A stretch of DNA of 64,000 nt from an uncultured Clostridia bacterium (GCA_947631455.1 CANRLH010000002.1:155312-219311), one strand, 5' to 3'. Shown: positions 50,054-60,247, counted from the first letter of the stretch. Made by a program: numbers and translations. The notes: generated from the sequence alone by a model not told the origin.

Positions 50054-50641
50054 TTATTTGTAAGGTGAAATTTCATAAAGAGTATTTATAAGCTCATCCT
50101 TTGAAAAGCATTTATTTAATATGTCAAGCATTGCTTTTGAAGATATATGTTCGGGCAGATCAAGCGCTTTTAAAAGCGCTTTTCTTTTGCTGTGAGCGCC
50201 TTTAATTCCCACAAGACCCAACTCATACAAATCAAGATTCGTGATATTTTTACCGCTTGTTTTTTCACACAGTGCCCCCGATGATTCAAATGCCTTTATC
50301 AGTATTTCAGCAGAGACGCCCTCAACACCGAGTTTTCCCTCTTTTGATGGCTTGTCCTTTCGCTTTTCCTTACCGAAAATATCAGGGATATATACGTTTG
50401 TTATTTTATCGCCGCAAACAAAGCTTTTTATATAATTTCGTATCTGAAATCCGGCGGAATCCGAATCGGTAAGAATAATTATTCCTGCTTTGTCAGCAAA
50501 AAGTTTTATCATTCTGCGCTTTTCTTCATTTTTATAAAGCTCAAAGCCATTGGTCTGGATTATAACGCCGTCAATTACCGACGAAAGTTTTATTTTGTCG
50601 TATTTGCCTTCTACAATTATCGCTTTATCAGTATACAGCAT
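50054..50641 (-). CDS. Toprim-domain protein, RNase M5-like
   Basis: The N-terminus reads AIIVEGKYDKIKL and is followed by IILTDSDSAGFQIRNYI (Toprim DxD). The family call is from memory. Confidence 0.6.
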   Translation of the reverse strand: MLYTDKAIIVEGKYDKIKLSSVIDGVIIQTNGFELYKNEEKRRMIKLFADKAGIIILTDSDSAGFQIRNYIKSFVCGDKITNVYIPDIFGKEKRKDKPSKEGKLGVEGVSAEILIKAFESSGALCEKTSGKNITNLDLYELGLVGIKGAHSKRKALLKALDLPEHISSKAMLDILNKCFSKDELINTLYEISPYK

Positions 50642-51689
50642 CGTTTTCTATTCCCGAAATTTTAGCTATCGCTTTTTGAAAGATAATGTCTGGAGGAGTG
50701 CGTTTTGATTTTAAATCAAAGTCCGCCTCTGACAAAACCGAAAGGCATCGTCTTATATCGGAAAGCGTGTGCTTTTTGCACAATTTGTATGCGTTTTTTG
50801 CCCGAAATTGCAGATTTGCAGGGTAAGAAAAATCGTCTATAAGATTATTTTCAGTCGCACCCGTCTCACGCGCAAGCTTTGCTCTGTAAAGATCGACAAA
50901 TGCGCCGTTTACCGAGGCAAGTGCGGCAATATAGTCTTCTGGTTTTCTGCAAAGGTCTTTAAGTATCAAAAATGCTGCGTCTGAATTCTTTGACACTATC
51001 TCACTTGCAAGTTTAAAGGAATCAACTTCATTCCTAGAAACGCACATCAGGTCGATATCCTCTTTTGTTATCTCACCCGACTGCTTATAGAAAATCAGTT
51101 TTGAGAGTTCGTTATTTATAACCGGCGTGTTGCAAAGTGAGATCTGAGCAAGATAGACGGCATTGCTTATGGATATTGAAAGCCCTATCTTTGAAAGCTG
51201 AGAGGATATAAGCTTGGCAAGTTCGGGCGCTGTTTTTATTTTAAACTCTACCACAGAGCCAGTTTTTTCGCAGAACTTTGAAAAGGACGCCCACTCCTTA
51301 TTAAGCGCTGTTTTGCTGCGATAAATGTCAATACCCGTAATGTATATAATGACTGTCACAGTTTCATCCAAGCCTTTGAGTATCTCTTTAAAAAAGTTAA
51401 AGTCACTCTTTTTAAAGTCGTTTATATACAAATCGTTTATTACTATGACCGTTCTTTCGCAAAACATAGGACACGTCTGCGAAGAATCGGAAAAACGTAC
51501 AAGGTCAAAGTCTTTTCCGGTAAAGCGGTGAAGATTTAGGTCTTCCGCCTCTTTAGGCATTATTTTGCTGATAAGGCGCTTTGTATAGGCTTCTATTGAG
51601 CTTATGTCGCGGCCATAAAAAAGGTAGAGACTGTCTATTTTTCCGCTTTTAATGTTTGAAGCAAGAGCTTTATCGGTCAAAACGGACAT
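50628..51689 (-). CDS. holA: DNA polymerase III delta subunit
   Basis: 353 aa. N-terminus LYLFYGRD is typical of HolA. It lies downstream of comEC, as in Bacillus. Confidence 0.8.
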   Translation of the reverse strand: MSVLTDKALASNIKSGKIDSLYLFYGRDISSIEAYTKRLISKIMPKEAEDLNLHRFTGKDFDLVRFSDSSQTCPMFCERTVIVINDLYINDFKKSDFNFFKEILKGLDETVTVIIYITGIDIYRSKTALNKEWASFSKFCEKTGSVVEFKIKTAPELAKLISSQLSKIGLSISISNAVYLAQISLCNTPVINNELSKLIFYKQSGEITKEDIDLMCVSRNEVDSFKLASEIVSKNSDAAFLILKDLCRKPEDYIAALASVNGAFVDLYRAKLARETGATENNLIDDFSYPANLQFRAKNAYKLCKKHTLSDIRRCLSVLSEADFDLKSKRTPPDIIFQKAIAKISGIENDAVY

Positions 51690-51709
51690 TAAAACCTCTC
51701 CTTTCTCTT

Positions 51710-53644
51710 TCAGAAAATACGCTTTTCATTCAGTATATCATATTTCACGCCGTTTTGCAACGAGTAATACTTTGATAATTCATCATCATGGGAAATTTTT
51801 GCATTCTCGTGAAATGTATAGCTTTTTCCGCCGTATCTGACTGTCAGCACGCCGTTATTTTCACTTGCCTGAAGGCCAAGTGACGCAATGGTGATATCGC
51901 TCTGCGAAATAGATTCACACGAAAGTATTTTTGCGCTTAGATTTTCTTTGTAATATGCTTCTGAGTGTGATGGATTTTTGCATAAAAATAAATCGGTTGA
52001 CTTTACAGAGCTTTGCTCTAAAAGATCGTTTATAGCATTCGCAGAGCCGTTTTTTCCGCTTATGTCAAAAACTGCCGCGTATTGGCTGTTTACAAAAACC
52101 AAAGCTGAACCTGAGTTCTTTGCAATGTAGTAAAGAGAAAGATTGCTTGAGAACAACGCTTTGCTTAATATCGAAATTGAGAATGCGATGCTTAAGACAG
52201 AGTATGACCCAGTCAAAGCCCGGGAGAGGGATTTTGCTTTTATTAGTATAAACAGCACGGATACGCAGAATACACATATAAGAATATTTAAAAAGGTATT
52301 TCCGGTGCCGACATACGCAAAAGGAAGCTTTGAAAGCAGTTCGCTTATCTTTAAAACGACGTTTACAAGCATGGAAGCCACAAAAAGAAGGGGATTAGCG
52401 ATAAGAGAAAATCCTGCCGTGAGAGCTATTATAATAGTTATGGCAAGTGAAAGCGTGCACAGGGGTATAAGCAGTATATTGGCGATCGGAGCGATCAGAG
52501 AAACCTCATTGAAGTAAAAAAGTGATATCGGGATAGTTACAAGGCTTGCCGCTGTTGACGGGGTGATAACCGACAAAAGCTTTAAAAATCTGTGCCCGGA
52601 AAAGCTCTTTAATATGAGAGGCGAGATGACAGATACAGCTAACGCTCCTGCAAAAGAGAGTATGAACGATACATTCCTTACTGCGTACGGTGAAAAAATC
52701 AGGATGATCGCCGCGCTTAACCCAAGGGAGTTGAGCGGATCTGGTTGGCGGTCAAAAAACCATGACGAGTATATCAGTGCTGACATCAGTGCCGCTCTTA
52801 AAACAGATACGCTTGCTCCGGCGAAGATCACAAATGCTGCTGTTGATATCAAAGTAACTGCGCTGACAAGCTTTCTGTTTTTTATAATAAGCGACAGAAT
52901 CGAATATATAAGCGAAGTTACTATTACAAGGTGGGTTCCTGAAAGAGCAAAGATGTGTCCCAGACCCGACCTGTAAAGCGTCTGTTTTGTGCTGCTGTCG
53001 AGCTGCGATTTGTCAGAGCATAGCATTGCGCCTAAAAAGCCGCCTGCGTCTGAAGGCAAAAACGAAGTTATCTTATCAAACAAAAAATCACGATAGTTTA
53101 AAATCATTCTCTTAACCGAAAATGAGACCGGCGTGATCTCAATATTCGTTACATCGCTGCCTTCAAGATATATCCCTTTTGAGGAGTAATAGTTCTTGGA
53201 ATCAAAGTCAACGGTGTTTTGAATCTCGTTTACGGTTCCGCTGATCTTTACTTTGTCGTAATAATCTACATCGTAAGCGTCGGTCAAAAAACTTACCTCG
53301 CAGTCGGTCCCGTCTATCTCACCGCAGACTTCAAGGCGCATTGTGTCTGACGAATAATAAGTAAAGTCTGTCACTGAGCCTTTCATTGTGATCTGTTTTC
53401 CGGACAGGGACAACACCGGTGATTTTTGAAAGCATATATAAAGAGCGTTTGCAGCAAACGCAGCCGCTATGCTTATGCACACTGTTAATATGGCCGCGCG
53501 TCTGGCTTTTAATATAAAAAACAGCGCTGCCGAGGCACACAGCACGGCAGCGGATATAATAAAAGAAGTTTTTAAGGACAAAAAAGAAGCGACAAACATG
53601 GCGGCTGCATAAGAAATCCCGATATATGCCATCTTTCGCTTCAT
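51710..53644 (-). CDS. comEC: ComEC/Rec2 family DNA internalisation channel protein, with degenerate C-terminal MBL-like domain
   Basis: 644 aa. It has an N-terminal OB/DUF4131-like region and a polytopic competence domain (YRSGLGHIFALSGTHL). No HxHxDH motif was seen in the C-terminal ~170 aa. Confidence 0.8.
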   Translation of the reverse strand: MKRKMAYIGISYAAAMFVASFLSLKTSFIISAAVLCASAALFFILKARRAAILTVCISIAAAFAANALYICFQKSPVLSLSGKQITMKGSVTDFTYYSSDTMRLEVCGEIDGTDCEVSFLTDAYDVDYYDKVKISGTVNEIQNTVDFDSKNYYSSKGIYLEGSDVTNIEITPVSFSVKRMILNYRDFLFDKITSFLPSDAGGFLGAMLCSDKSQLDSSTKQTLYRSGLGHIFALSGTHLVIVTSLIYSILSLIIKNRKLVSAVTLISTAAFVIFAGASVSVLRAALMSALIYSSWFFDRQPDPLNSLGLSAAIILIFSPYAVRNVSFILSFAGALAVSVISPLILKSFSGHRFLKLLSVITPSTAASLVTIPISLFYFNEVSLIAPIANILLIPLCTLSLAITIIIALTAGFSLIANPLLFVASMLVNVVLKISELLSKLPFAYVGTGNTFLNILICVFCVSVLFILIKAKSLSRALTGSYSVLSIAFSISILSKALFSSNLSLYYIAKNSGSALVFVNSQYAAVFDISGKNGSANAINDLLEQSSVKSTDLFLCKNPSHSEAYYKENLSAKILSCESISQSDITIASLGLQASENNGVLTVRYGGKSYTFHENAKISHDDELSKYYSLQNGVKYDILNEKRIF

Positions 53645-53842
53645 AAAAACAACTCCTTTTAATATTAAAGGATTTTTGATAGGTTATATATTGTTTACAT
53701 TTTCATTATATCACTCTGGAAAAAATAAAGCAAGCAAATAAATTTTTCTTTATAAAAACTGCTTAAATTATAGTATAGTTTTTTCCTGCTTGCAGATAAT
53801 ATATGCAGAGCGAAACGATTGCTCGGAAAGGAATGGTAAAAT

Positions 53843-54016
53843 ATGACTTCAAAAGACTTGCTTTATGTAGAAGATGCGCTGAGCCACGAAAAGTATTTTA
53901 AATCTCAGTGCCAGGATGTTTTGTCAAAGCTTGAGGACGCTGAGCTTAAAACCTGCGTTTCAGAGCTGATGCAAAAGCACGATCAGATCTTCAAGAGCTT
54001 GTACGGACTGCTTTAA
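53843..54016 (+). CDS. small CotF-like / spore-coat-associated protein (57 aa; below ORF-track cutoff)
   Basis: The ATG at 53843 follows GGAAAGGAATGG. The sequence MTSKDLLYVEDALSHEKYFKSQCQ resembles Coat_F-type helical proteins, and the gene is paired with the next one. Confidence 0.45.
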   Translation: MTSKDLLYVEDALSHEKYFKSQCQDVLSKLEDAELKTCVSELMQKHDQIFKSLYGLL

Positions 54017-54058
54017 GGACACAAATCAAATTTGCTAAGGAAAGGAATGGTTTAAGTT

Positions 54059-54307
54059 ATGAACGACAAGAATTTGATGGAGGGCATACTGCTAACCGAA
54101 AAAGGTGTGTGTGACCTTTATATGCACGGAACGATAGAATCTACGCCGGGAAATGTCAGACAGACGTTTTCAAAGGCTCTCAACGAGTCGCTTTGTATTC
54201 AGGATACCCTTTACAAGCAGATGTCACAAAAGGGCTGGTATACTGAAAAGCCGGTTGAACAGCAAAAAATCCAGGAAGTTAAAAGCAAGTATTCAAATCA
54301 GAACTAA
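54059..54307 (+). CDS. spore coat protein F (CotF)-like
   Basis: NDKNLMEGILLTEKGVCDLYMHGTIES...NESLCIQDTLYKQMSQKGWY matches the Coat_F pattern as I remember it. Confidence 0.65.
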   Translation: MNDKNLMEGILLTEKGVCDLYMHGTIESTPGNVRQTFSKALNESLCIQDTLYKQMSQKGWYTEKPVEQQKIQEVKSKYSNQN

Positions 54308-54450
54308 CCTTATCGGGAAAGGGCGGAGTATAAGCCTTTTCCCGATTTATCTGTATTGACATAAGATTGCGCGTATGGTAAAATTTATGTTGTCTTGACA
54401 TGTTAGGCAAAAGTTTCATACAATATAATAAAAACTTAAGGAATGATTGT

Positions 54451-54633
54451 ATGAACGCCTGTGAAATTACTGCGGCTGTAACCGCGATCGCCAATACAAT
54501 AGCGGCAAGATTTGATAACGCAGAGCTCTCTCTTATCGGAGCCGTTTTTACACAGCTTGGCGATACGCTTGAAACTATTGCCGCTCAAAGAGAGCTTTGT
54601 AAAACTGATGAAAATAAAAAATCCTGCGTCTAA
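54451..54633 (+). CDS. hypothetical small protein (60 aa)
   Basis: AAGGAA RBS. The protein is Ala-rich and helical (ITAAVTAIANTIAARF...GAVFTQLGDTLETIAAQRE). No family is assigned. Confidence 0.4.
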   Translation: MNACEITAAVTAIANTIAARFDNAELSLIGAVFTQLGDTLETIAAQRELCKTDENKKSCV

Positions 54634-54669
54634 TTGACGCGGGCTTTTGTACATATAAACGGAGGACTT

Positions 54670-55842
54670 ATGGCATTCACTTTCAGGCATACCAAATATG
54701 CCGCTTACATAGGATATATCACTCAGGCAATAGTTAATAATTTAGCGCCGCTTTTGTTTGTTTCATTTCAAAGGGAATTTTCATTGTCGCTTGACAGGAT
54801 AAGTGTTCTCATTACAATGAACTTCGGTGTTCAGATAATTACTGATATAATAGCAGCCAAATATGTAGACAGAATCGGTTACAGACCTGCATGCGTTATC
54901 GCTCATATTTTTGCTGCTTTAGGTCTTGTGGGATATGGAGTTTTGCCGTTTGTTATTTCACCCTATGCGGGACTTATGATATGCTCGGCAGTTTGCGCAA
55001 TAGGTGGAGGGCTTACGGAGGTCGTTATTTCACCTGTTGTGGAGGCACTTCCCGGGAATGAAAAAGAGTCGGCTATGAGTCTTCTGCATTCGTTTTACTG
55101 CTGGGGCCAGGTGTTGGTGGTGCTTCTATCAACACTGTACTTCAGTCTTATCGGCGTAGAAAGATGGAGATTTTTGTCTGTGATATGGGCGGCGATACCG
55201 CTTTTTAATATATTCTTATTCTGTAAAGTTCCCATAAGGCACCTTAATGAAAACGGTGAGTCTATGCCGGTCAGAAAGTTATTTTGTAAAAAAGTATTCT
55301 GGTTGTTTATAATACTTATGATATGCGCCGGAGCAAGCGAGCTCGCTATGAGTCAGTGGGCGTCGCTGTTCGCCGAGGAGGGACTAGGGGTATCCAAGAC
55401 GTTTGGAGATCTGCTTGGACCATGTGCTTTTGCCGCTTTGATGGGAATATCAAGAACCGTATACGGGCTTTTCGGCTCTAAAATGAACTTAAGACGCTTT
55501 ATATTCGGCAGCGGGATTTTGTGTGTGATAAGCTACCTTACCGCCGTGTTTGCACCAGTTCCGGTTGTATCGCTTATGGGCTGCGCTGTCTGCGGGCTTT
55601 CTGTCGGAATAATGTGGCCGGGTACTTACAGCATTGCTGCAAGGAGGTATGAGCAGGGAGGCACGGCAATGTTTGCGGTTCTTGCCCTTGCAGGAGATGT
55701 CGGTTGCACCTCAGGTCCGGTGTTGGCAGGTTTTGTGGGAAACGCCTCGGATGATCTCAAAAACGGGCTTCTGGCGGCAGCTTTATTTCCTGCGATAATG
55801 GTGATAGGTATAGCCTTTTTGCGAAAGAATGACGGCAAATAA
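54670..55842 (+). CDS. MFS transporter
   Basis: About 12 predicted hydrophobic segments with an MFS-like loop motif between TM2 and TM3. The ATG at 54670 is preferred over the upstream TTG. Confidence 0.8.
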   Translation: MAFTFRHTKYAAYIGYITQAIVNNLAPLLFVSFQREFSLSLDRISVLITMNFGVQIITDIIAAKYVDRIGYRPACVIAHIFAALGLVGYGVLPFVISPYAGLMICSAVCAIGGGLTEVVISPVVEALPGNEKESAMSLLHSFYCWGQVLVVLLSTLYFSLIGVERWRFLSVIWAAIPLFNIFLFCKVPIRHLNENGESMPVRKLFCKKVFWLFIILMICAGASELAMSQWASLFAEEGLGVSKTFGDLLGPCAFAALMGISRTVYGLFGSKMNLRRFIFGSGILCVISYLTAVFAPVPVVSLMGCAVCGLSVGIMWPGTYSIAARRYEQGGTAMFAVLALAGDVGCTSGPVLAGFVGNASDDLKNGLLAAALFPAIMVIGIAFLRKNDGK

Positions 55843-55844
55843 TA

Positions 55845-55876
55845 AATCCGACAGATTTTTATCTGCCGGATTTTTT
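55845..55876. terminator. bidirectional terminator between the MFS gene and convergent purC
   Basis: Stem AATCCGACAG / CTGCCGGATT (one mismatch) followed by TTTTTT. Confidence 0.6.
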
Positions 55877-55888
55877 ATCTTTGTGAAA

Positions 55889-56734
55889 TTATTCGCCTTT
55901 AAGCCTTAAAAGCCCCTCTTTGTAAATGCGGCTTGTGTTATCAACGACATCCTTCGGGAGCGGCTGTATGCCTTCCTTTCCGTCGATGCCCATTTTCTTT
56001 AGCCAGTCCCGAACAAACTGTTTGTCGAAGCTCTTGGGGCTTGTGCCGATCTTATATTCTGATGCGTCCCAGAAGCGCGAGGAGTCAGGAGTGAAAAGCT
56101 CGTCCGCTATGGTCAAAACTCCGTTTTCGTCCATTCCGAACTCAAACTTTGTGTCCACCAAAATGATTCCGTGTTCCTTTGCGTATTCAAAACACTTGTT
56201 GTAAAGACTTATGGATACGTCTTTTACCTTTTTAGCAAGCTGTGCGCCGATATTTTCAGCCATACTCTCATAGCTTACATAAATATCATGCCCCTCACTT
56301 GCCTTTGTTGAAGGAGTGAACATCGGTTCATCAAGCTTCTGAGCCTGCTGATAATCTTTATGAAACCTTTGGCCGCAGAACTCTTCGCCTTTTTTATATG
56401 CTTCCCACATACTTCCGAACATATATCCACGAACGATAAATTCATAGTTTAGCATTTTAAGCTTCTTTACAAGAATCGTTCTGCCCTCGTACTCAGGCTT
56501 TTGGAATTCCTTAGGCATATCCTTTAAGTCGCTTGAGATTATGTGATTGGGAATTATATCCTTAACATAATCAAACCAGAAAAGCGACATTTGATTTAAA
56601 ACCTTGCCCTTATCGGGTATTTCAGTAGGCAATATTACGTCAAAGGCTGAAATTCTATCGGTGGTAACGATTACCAGTTGTCCGTTTTCAAGATCGTATA
56701 CTTCTCTTACTTTACCGCTGATGATTTTTTTCAT
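55889..56734 (-). CDS. purC: phosphoribosylaminoimidazole-succinocarboxamide synthase
   Basis: 281 aa. The N-terminus reads SGKVREVYDL and is followed by the LVDTKFEFG and PDSSRFWD motifs. It has its own TTGCAA-17-TAAAAT promoter at about 56770-56798 (minus strand). Confidence 0.95.
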   Translation of the reverse strand: MKKIISGKVREVYDLENGQLVIVTTDRISAFDVILPTEIPDKGKVLNQMSLFWFDYVKDIIPNHIISSDLKDMPKEFQKPEYEGRTILVKKLKMLNYEFIVRGYMFGSMWEAYKKGEEFCGQRFHKDYQQAQKLDEPMFTPSTKASEGHDIYVSYESMAENIGAQLAKKVKDVSISLYNKCFEYAKEHGIILVDTKFEFGMDENGVLTIADELFTPDSSRFWDASEYKIGTSPKSFDKQFVRDWLKKMGIDGKEGIQPLPKDVVDNTSRIYKEGLLRLKGE

Positions 56735-56810
56735 TTTAACATTTCCTTTCTAAACTGTCGATAATGCAATTTTACCACACGAAATCTTATTTTGCAAGAG
56801 CTATGTGCTT

Positions 56811-57248
56811 TCAGATTATATTCGTTGATTCCCGCTCTTTTTGCCTGTCAAGCAGATCCTGAAGCGTAACCGAATCGACATAATTGTCGATAACGCGCTT
56901 AAGCCCCTGCCAGAATTCAAGAGTTGAGCATTCGCAGCTTCGCTCGCATCCAATCGGTTCAAGATCAAGACACGGCACAGGCGAGAGACTTCCCTCGGTA
57001 AGACGAAGAATTTCCCCGACCGTGTATTTAGACGGGTCTTTGGCAAGGCGGTATCCGCCTTTGAATCCTCTATTGGTCAGTACGATATTTGATTTGCTGA
57101 GTACCGGTATTATCTGCTCCAAATATTTTTTTGAAATATTCTGCCTTTCGGCAATATCTTTAAGCGCAATAAAGTCGCCGCTGTTATGTCCGGCAAGATC
57201 AATAAGCATTCTCAGAGCATATCGACCTTTGGTTGATATCTTCATCAA
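56811..57248 (-). CDS. Rrf2 family transcriptional regulator (IscR/CymR-like)
   Basis: The N-terminus reads KISTKGRYALRMLIDLA (wHTH). A C-terminal Cys cluster reads CLDLEPIGCERSCEC. Confidence 0.9.
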   Translation of the reverse strand: MMKISTKGRYALRMLIDLAGHNSGDFIALKDIAERQNISKKYLEQIIPVLSKSNIVLTNRGFKGGYRLAKDPSKYTVGEILRLTEGSLSPVPCLDLEPIGCERSCECSTLEFWQGLKRVIDNYVDSVTLQDLLDRQKERESTNII

Positions 57249-57398
57249 AACACCCCTCTTCTGATATACCTATAATAACATATTTTTTGTAGGTTTTCAA
57301 GTGAGTTTTATAAATCGCATTTTGGTTTTTAAAGCGAATAATTTCCAAGCATAAAAAAAATGCTTTTACAAAGGATATTTAAAAAAGGAGATGTTTTT

Positions 57399-58214
57399 AT
57401 GAAAAAGCTTGCTTTGATACTTTTACCTGTGATGCTTTTTTGCGGGTGCAAGGCTAATAACGTAAACCCGGACGACGACTCCGCCGCTGTAAACAAGGTA
57501 GGAGAGGAGATGTCAAGTTCTTCTCAAACAGATATAGAATCACTTGACGGCACGCTCTGCGGATACGGACAGGGTACAGAGACGGATGAAAACAACCTGC
57601 CGCTCGGTGCTAAGCAGTTTAACGAAAAGTACGAAGATCTTGATGCCTATGCTTATTCGACTGACAACAAAAAGATAACCCTTACCTTTGATCAGGGATA
57701 TGAAAACGGTTACACAGCTCAGATACTTGACACGCTTAAAGAAAAGGGCGTAAGCGCTGTGTTTTTTGTGCTTAAGGACTACGCCGAGAAAAATCCCGAC
57801 CTAATAAAAAGGATGATAGACGAGGGACATACTGTGGCAAATCATTCGGATTCCCACCCGTCATTCCCGGAAATATCCGCTGATGAGATGGTAGATGAAA
57901 TTATGAGCGTTCATGATTATATAAAGGAAAATTATGATTATGAAATGACGCTGTTTCGATTCCCGAAGGGCGAATACTCCGAGAAAGCCTTAGCGGTAGT
58001 AAAAAACTGCGGATATAAATCTGTATTCTGGAGCTACGCTTATGAGGACTGGGACACTGAGAATCAGCCGGACGAGGGCTATGCGACTGAAAAGCTTGTC
58101 AGTGCCGCACACGAAGGCGCAATATATCTGCTGCATTCAGTCTCACAGACTAACGCGAATATTTTGGGAAATGTAATAGACAAAATCAGAGAAGCGGGTT
58201 TTGAATTTAATTGA
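57399..58214 (+). CDS. polysaccharide deacetylase (NodB homology; PdaA-like) lipoprotein
   Basis: Lipobox LFCGC. NodB motifs TFDQGYENG and HTVANHSDSHP. AAGGAG RBS. Confidence 0.85.
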   Translation: MKKLALILLPVMLFCGCKANNVNPDDDSAAVNKVGEEMSSSSQTDIESLDGTLCGYGQGTETDENNLPLGAKQFNEKYEDLDAYAYSTDNKKITLTFDQGYENGYTAQILDTLKEKGVSAVFFVLKDYAEKNPDLIKRMIDEGHTVANHSDSHPSFPEISADEMVDEIMSVHDYIKENYDYEMTLFRFPKGEYSEKALAVVKNCGYKSVFWSYAYEDWDTENQPDEGYATEKLVSAAHEGAIYLLHSVSQTNANILGNVIDKIREAGFEFN

Positions 58215-58226
58215 TGTTAAGCAGTG

Positions 58227-58260
58227 AGGAGCACGTGGCAATTGTACGTGCTCCTTTTTT
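58227..58260 (+). terminator. intrinsic terminator
   Basis: Perfect 10-bp stem AGGAGCACGT / ACGTGCTCCT followed by TTTTTT. Confidence 0.8.
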
Positions 58261-58261
58261 G

Positions 58262-58290
58262 TTGACAGAAGGATTGATTGGTGGTATAAT
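58262..58290 (+). promoter_or_regulatory. consensus sigma-A promoter
   Basis: TTGACA, 17-nt spacer, TATAAT with an upstream TGg extended -10. It lies 26 nt upstream of the next ATG. Confidence 0.65.
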
Positions 58291-58315
58291 TTCAATCGTT
58301 AAAGGAGGCATTCAT

Positions 58316-60226
58316 ATGAAAAAAACGGTGAGTAAAATAATTTGCTGTGCGGCGTCATTGATGCTGGCGGCGTCAATGATGAGCGCTTGCGAGAACACAG
58401 GGGAATCAGGAGCAAAGCAGTTGCTTATCAGTGCGTTGGATTCTGAGGTTTCAACCTTTAGAAATACTCTTAGCCTGATTGGCAATAAGTCAAGCAAAGA
58501 GAAAATGGGCGGCAAGGTTAAAGTTTCAGTTGATCCGGGTGAGTATCTTGATAAACTGGCCGATAAGGATATGAAAGAGATTTCATTATCCGCGGAGGAA
58601 AAGGTCAAGGGCGGAGTTCTGGGAACAGGTTTATCCTTCGGATATGGCGGAGAAAAGCTTGCTGACATTGATACTGTCATTGACAGTGATTCAAAAAACA
58701 CTTACATAAGAATAAACGAGTTAAGCGACAAGTATATAAAGACTTCGATAAGTGATGATGAGGCGGACAGCTTTCTTTCAGGCATTAAAAGTCTGGCGGA
58801 TATTGATTTTGTAAAACCGCAAGGCGGTGAATTTGTAAACGACGTTTTGGATAATGCTGTAGGCGCGTTTAAAAGTGTTGATATAGGCGGAATAGTTAAA
58901 GATGTCGATTCGGTTGTTGACGCCGTAAGCAAGGCTTTGCCTGAAACAGAAAATTCCGGAGAGAAAACTGTAAAGAAAAACGGAATAGAAGCGATTTTTA
59001 AAACTGAAAAATTTTCGATGTCTGACAACAACATTGATGAAAAGTGCACCAATGCGGTAAAGCAAGCCCTTTTAAAATCTGAGAATATTAAAGCCGTTGT
59101 CTCAGAGGTAACCGACTATGAAGAGCTTGTAAACAATATGTTTGCATCAGATGCAATAGAAGAAGGTATTGATGATGACGTTGTATTTTACTACTATAAC
59201 GATAAACTGTGCGGCGTTGGCATAGACAATAAGAACTATTTTATTTCATCAGACACAGATGACGGATATATGTTTGTATTAAAATCAAATTATCAGAACG
59301 ATTATAAGTCTGAAGTTGTGCTTACCGCGATTCCGGACGGTGAAAAGCTAGACATATCATTCAGCGCAAGCTTTGATGATAATACTAATGTTTCTGTGCT
59401 TTCGGGCAATGATCTTGCTTTAAAGATAAACGACTTTGAAATCGTAAACAAGGATATCGGCACATATAACGCTCAGGTTGAAGCCGGTATGTCTATCCCG
59501 ACCGCAGATGGCGGCAAAGCTAAGTGTGTTGTCAAGTCAAAAAGCGAGGGCGATGACCGCGCTCAGACGGAGACCGGAGAGATAGTCGTTGAGGAAAACA
59601 AAACCTCCCAAAACCTGCTTAGCTATCAACTTAGCGTTGAGCAGACAGACGCCAGTGATATCAAGATCCCTGATGATAGCGAGTGCATTGTAAACGACGA
59701 TGATATCGCTAAACTGTTCACAGGTGACAATTTATATTCGTGGCTTGATAAGATTTCAAAAGCTATCGGCATAGATATAAGTGAAAAGCTTGATGAGATG
59801 GTTTCGTCATTCTCAGAGAACTATGACGATCAGTTGAATGAAGACATAGATAATGATTATGACGACGATCCGCTTTACGATCTTATGGATAATTACGGCA
59901 TAGATTACTGGGATTATTACAGTGATGATTACACTGAGTTTTATATGGATAAGTTTTTGTCTGACGCAGAAAAAGTTTATCCTGCTGAAAAGATGGACGC
60001 TCTTAAAGAGCAGATCGAAGAAGAATATCAGTATTATCTGAGTGATACTCCGAATCTTGACGCTCTGTATGATGATTATCAGATTGATTATTGGGATTAT
60101 TACGACGATGATTTAGTAAATTTTGATATGGACAAATTTTTAGCCGATGCAAAGAAGGTTTATCCTGCGGACAAGATGGACGAACTAAAGAAAGAAATAG
60201 AGGACGTAATATCGGAATACGAATAG
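58316..60226 (+). CDS. large acidic lipoprotein, hypothetical, with C-terminal tandem duplication
   Basis: Signal plus lipobox MMSAC. AAAGGAGG RBS before the ATG at 58316. The C-terminus carries two ~50-aa copies (DYWDYY..D..F.MDKFL.DA.KVYPA.KMD.LK..IE). Confidence 0.6.
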   Translation: MKKTVSKIICCAASLMLAASMMSACENTGESGAKQLLISALDSEVSTFRNTLSLIGNKSSKEKMGGKVKVSVDPGEYLDKLADKDMKEISLSAEEKVKGGVLGTGLSFGYGGEKLADIDTVIDSDSKNTYIRINELSDKYIKTSISDDEADSFLSGIKSLADIDFVKPQGGEFVNDVLDNAVGAFKSVDIGGIVKDVDSVVDAVSKALPETENSGEKTVKKNGIEAIFKTEKFSMSDNNIDEKCTNAVKQALLKSENIKAVVSEVTDYEELVNNMFASDAIEEGIDDDVVFYYYNDKLCGVGIDNKNYFISSDTDDGYMFVLKSNYQNDYKSEVVLTAIPDGEKLDISFSASFDDNTNVSVLSGNDLALKINDFEIVNKDIGTYNAQVEAGMSIPTADGGKAKCVVKSKSEGDDRAQTETGEIVVEENKTSQNLLSYQLSVEQTDASDIKIPDDSECIVNDDDIAKLFTGDNLYSWLDKISKAIGIDISEKLDEMVSSFSENYDDQLNEDIDNDYDDDPLYDLMDNYGIDYWDYYSDDYTEFYMDKFLSDAEKVYPAEKMDALKEQIEEEYQYYLSDTPNLDALYDDYQIDYWDYYDDDLVNFDMDKFLADAKKVYPADKMDELKKEIEDVISEYE

Positions 60227-60247
60227 GTTTCAATTTTCATAAAATCA

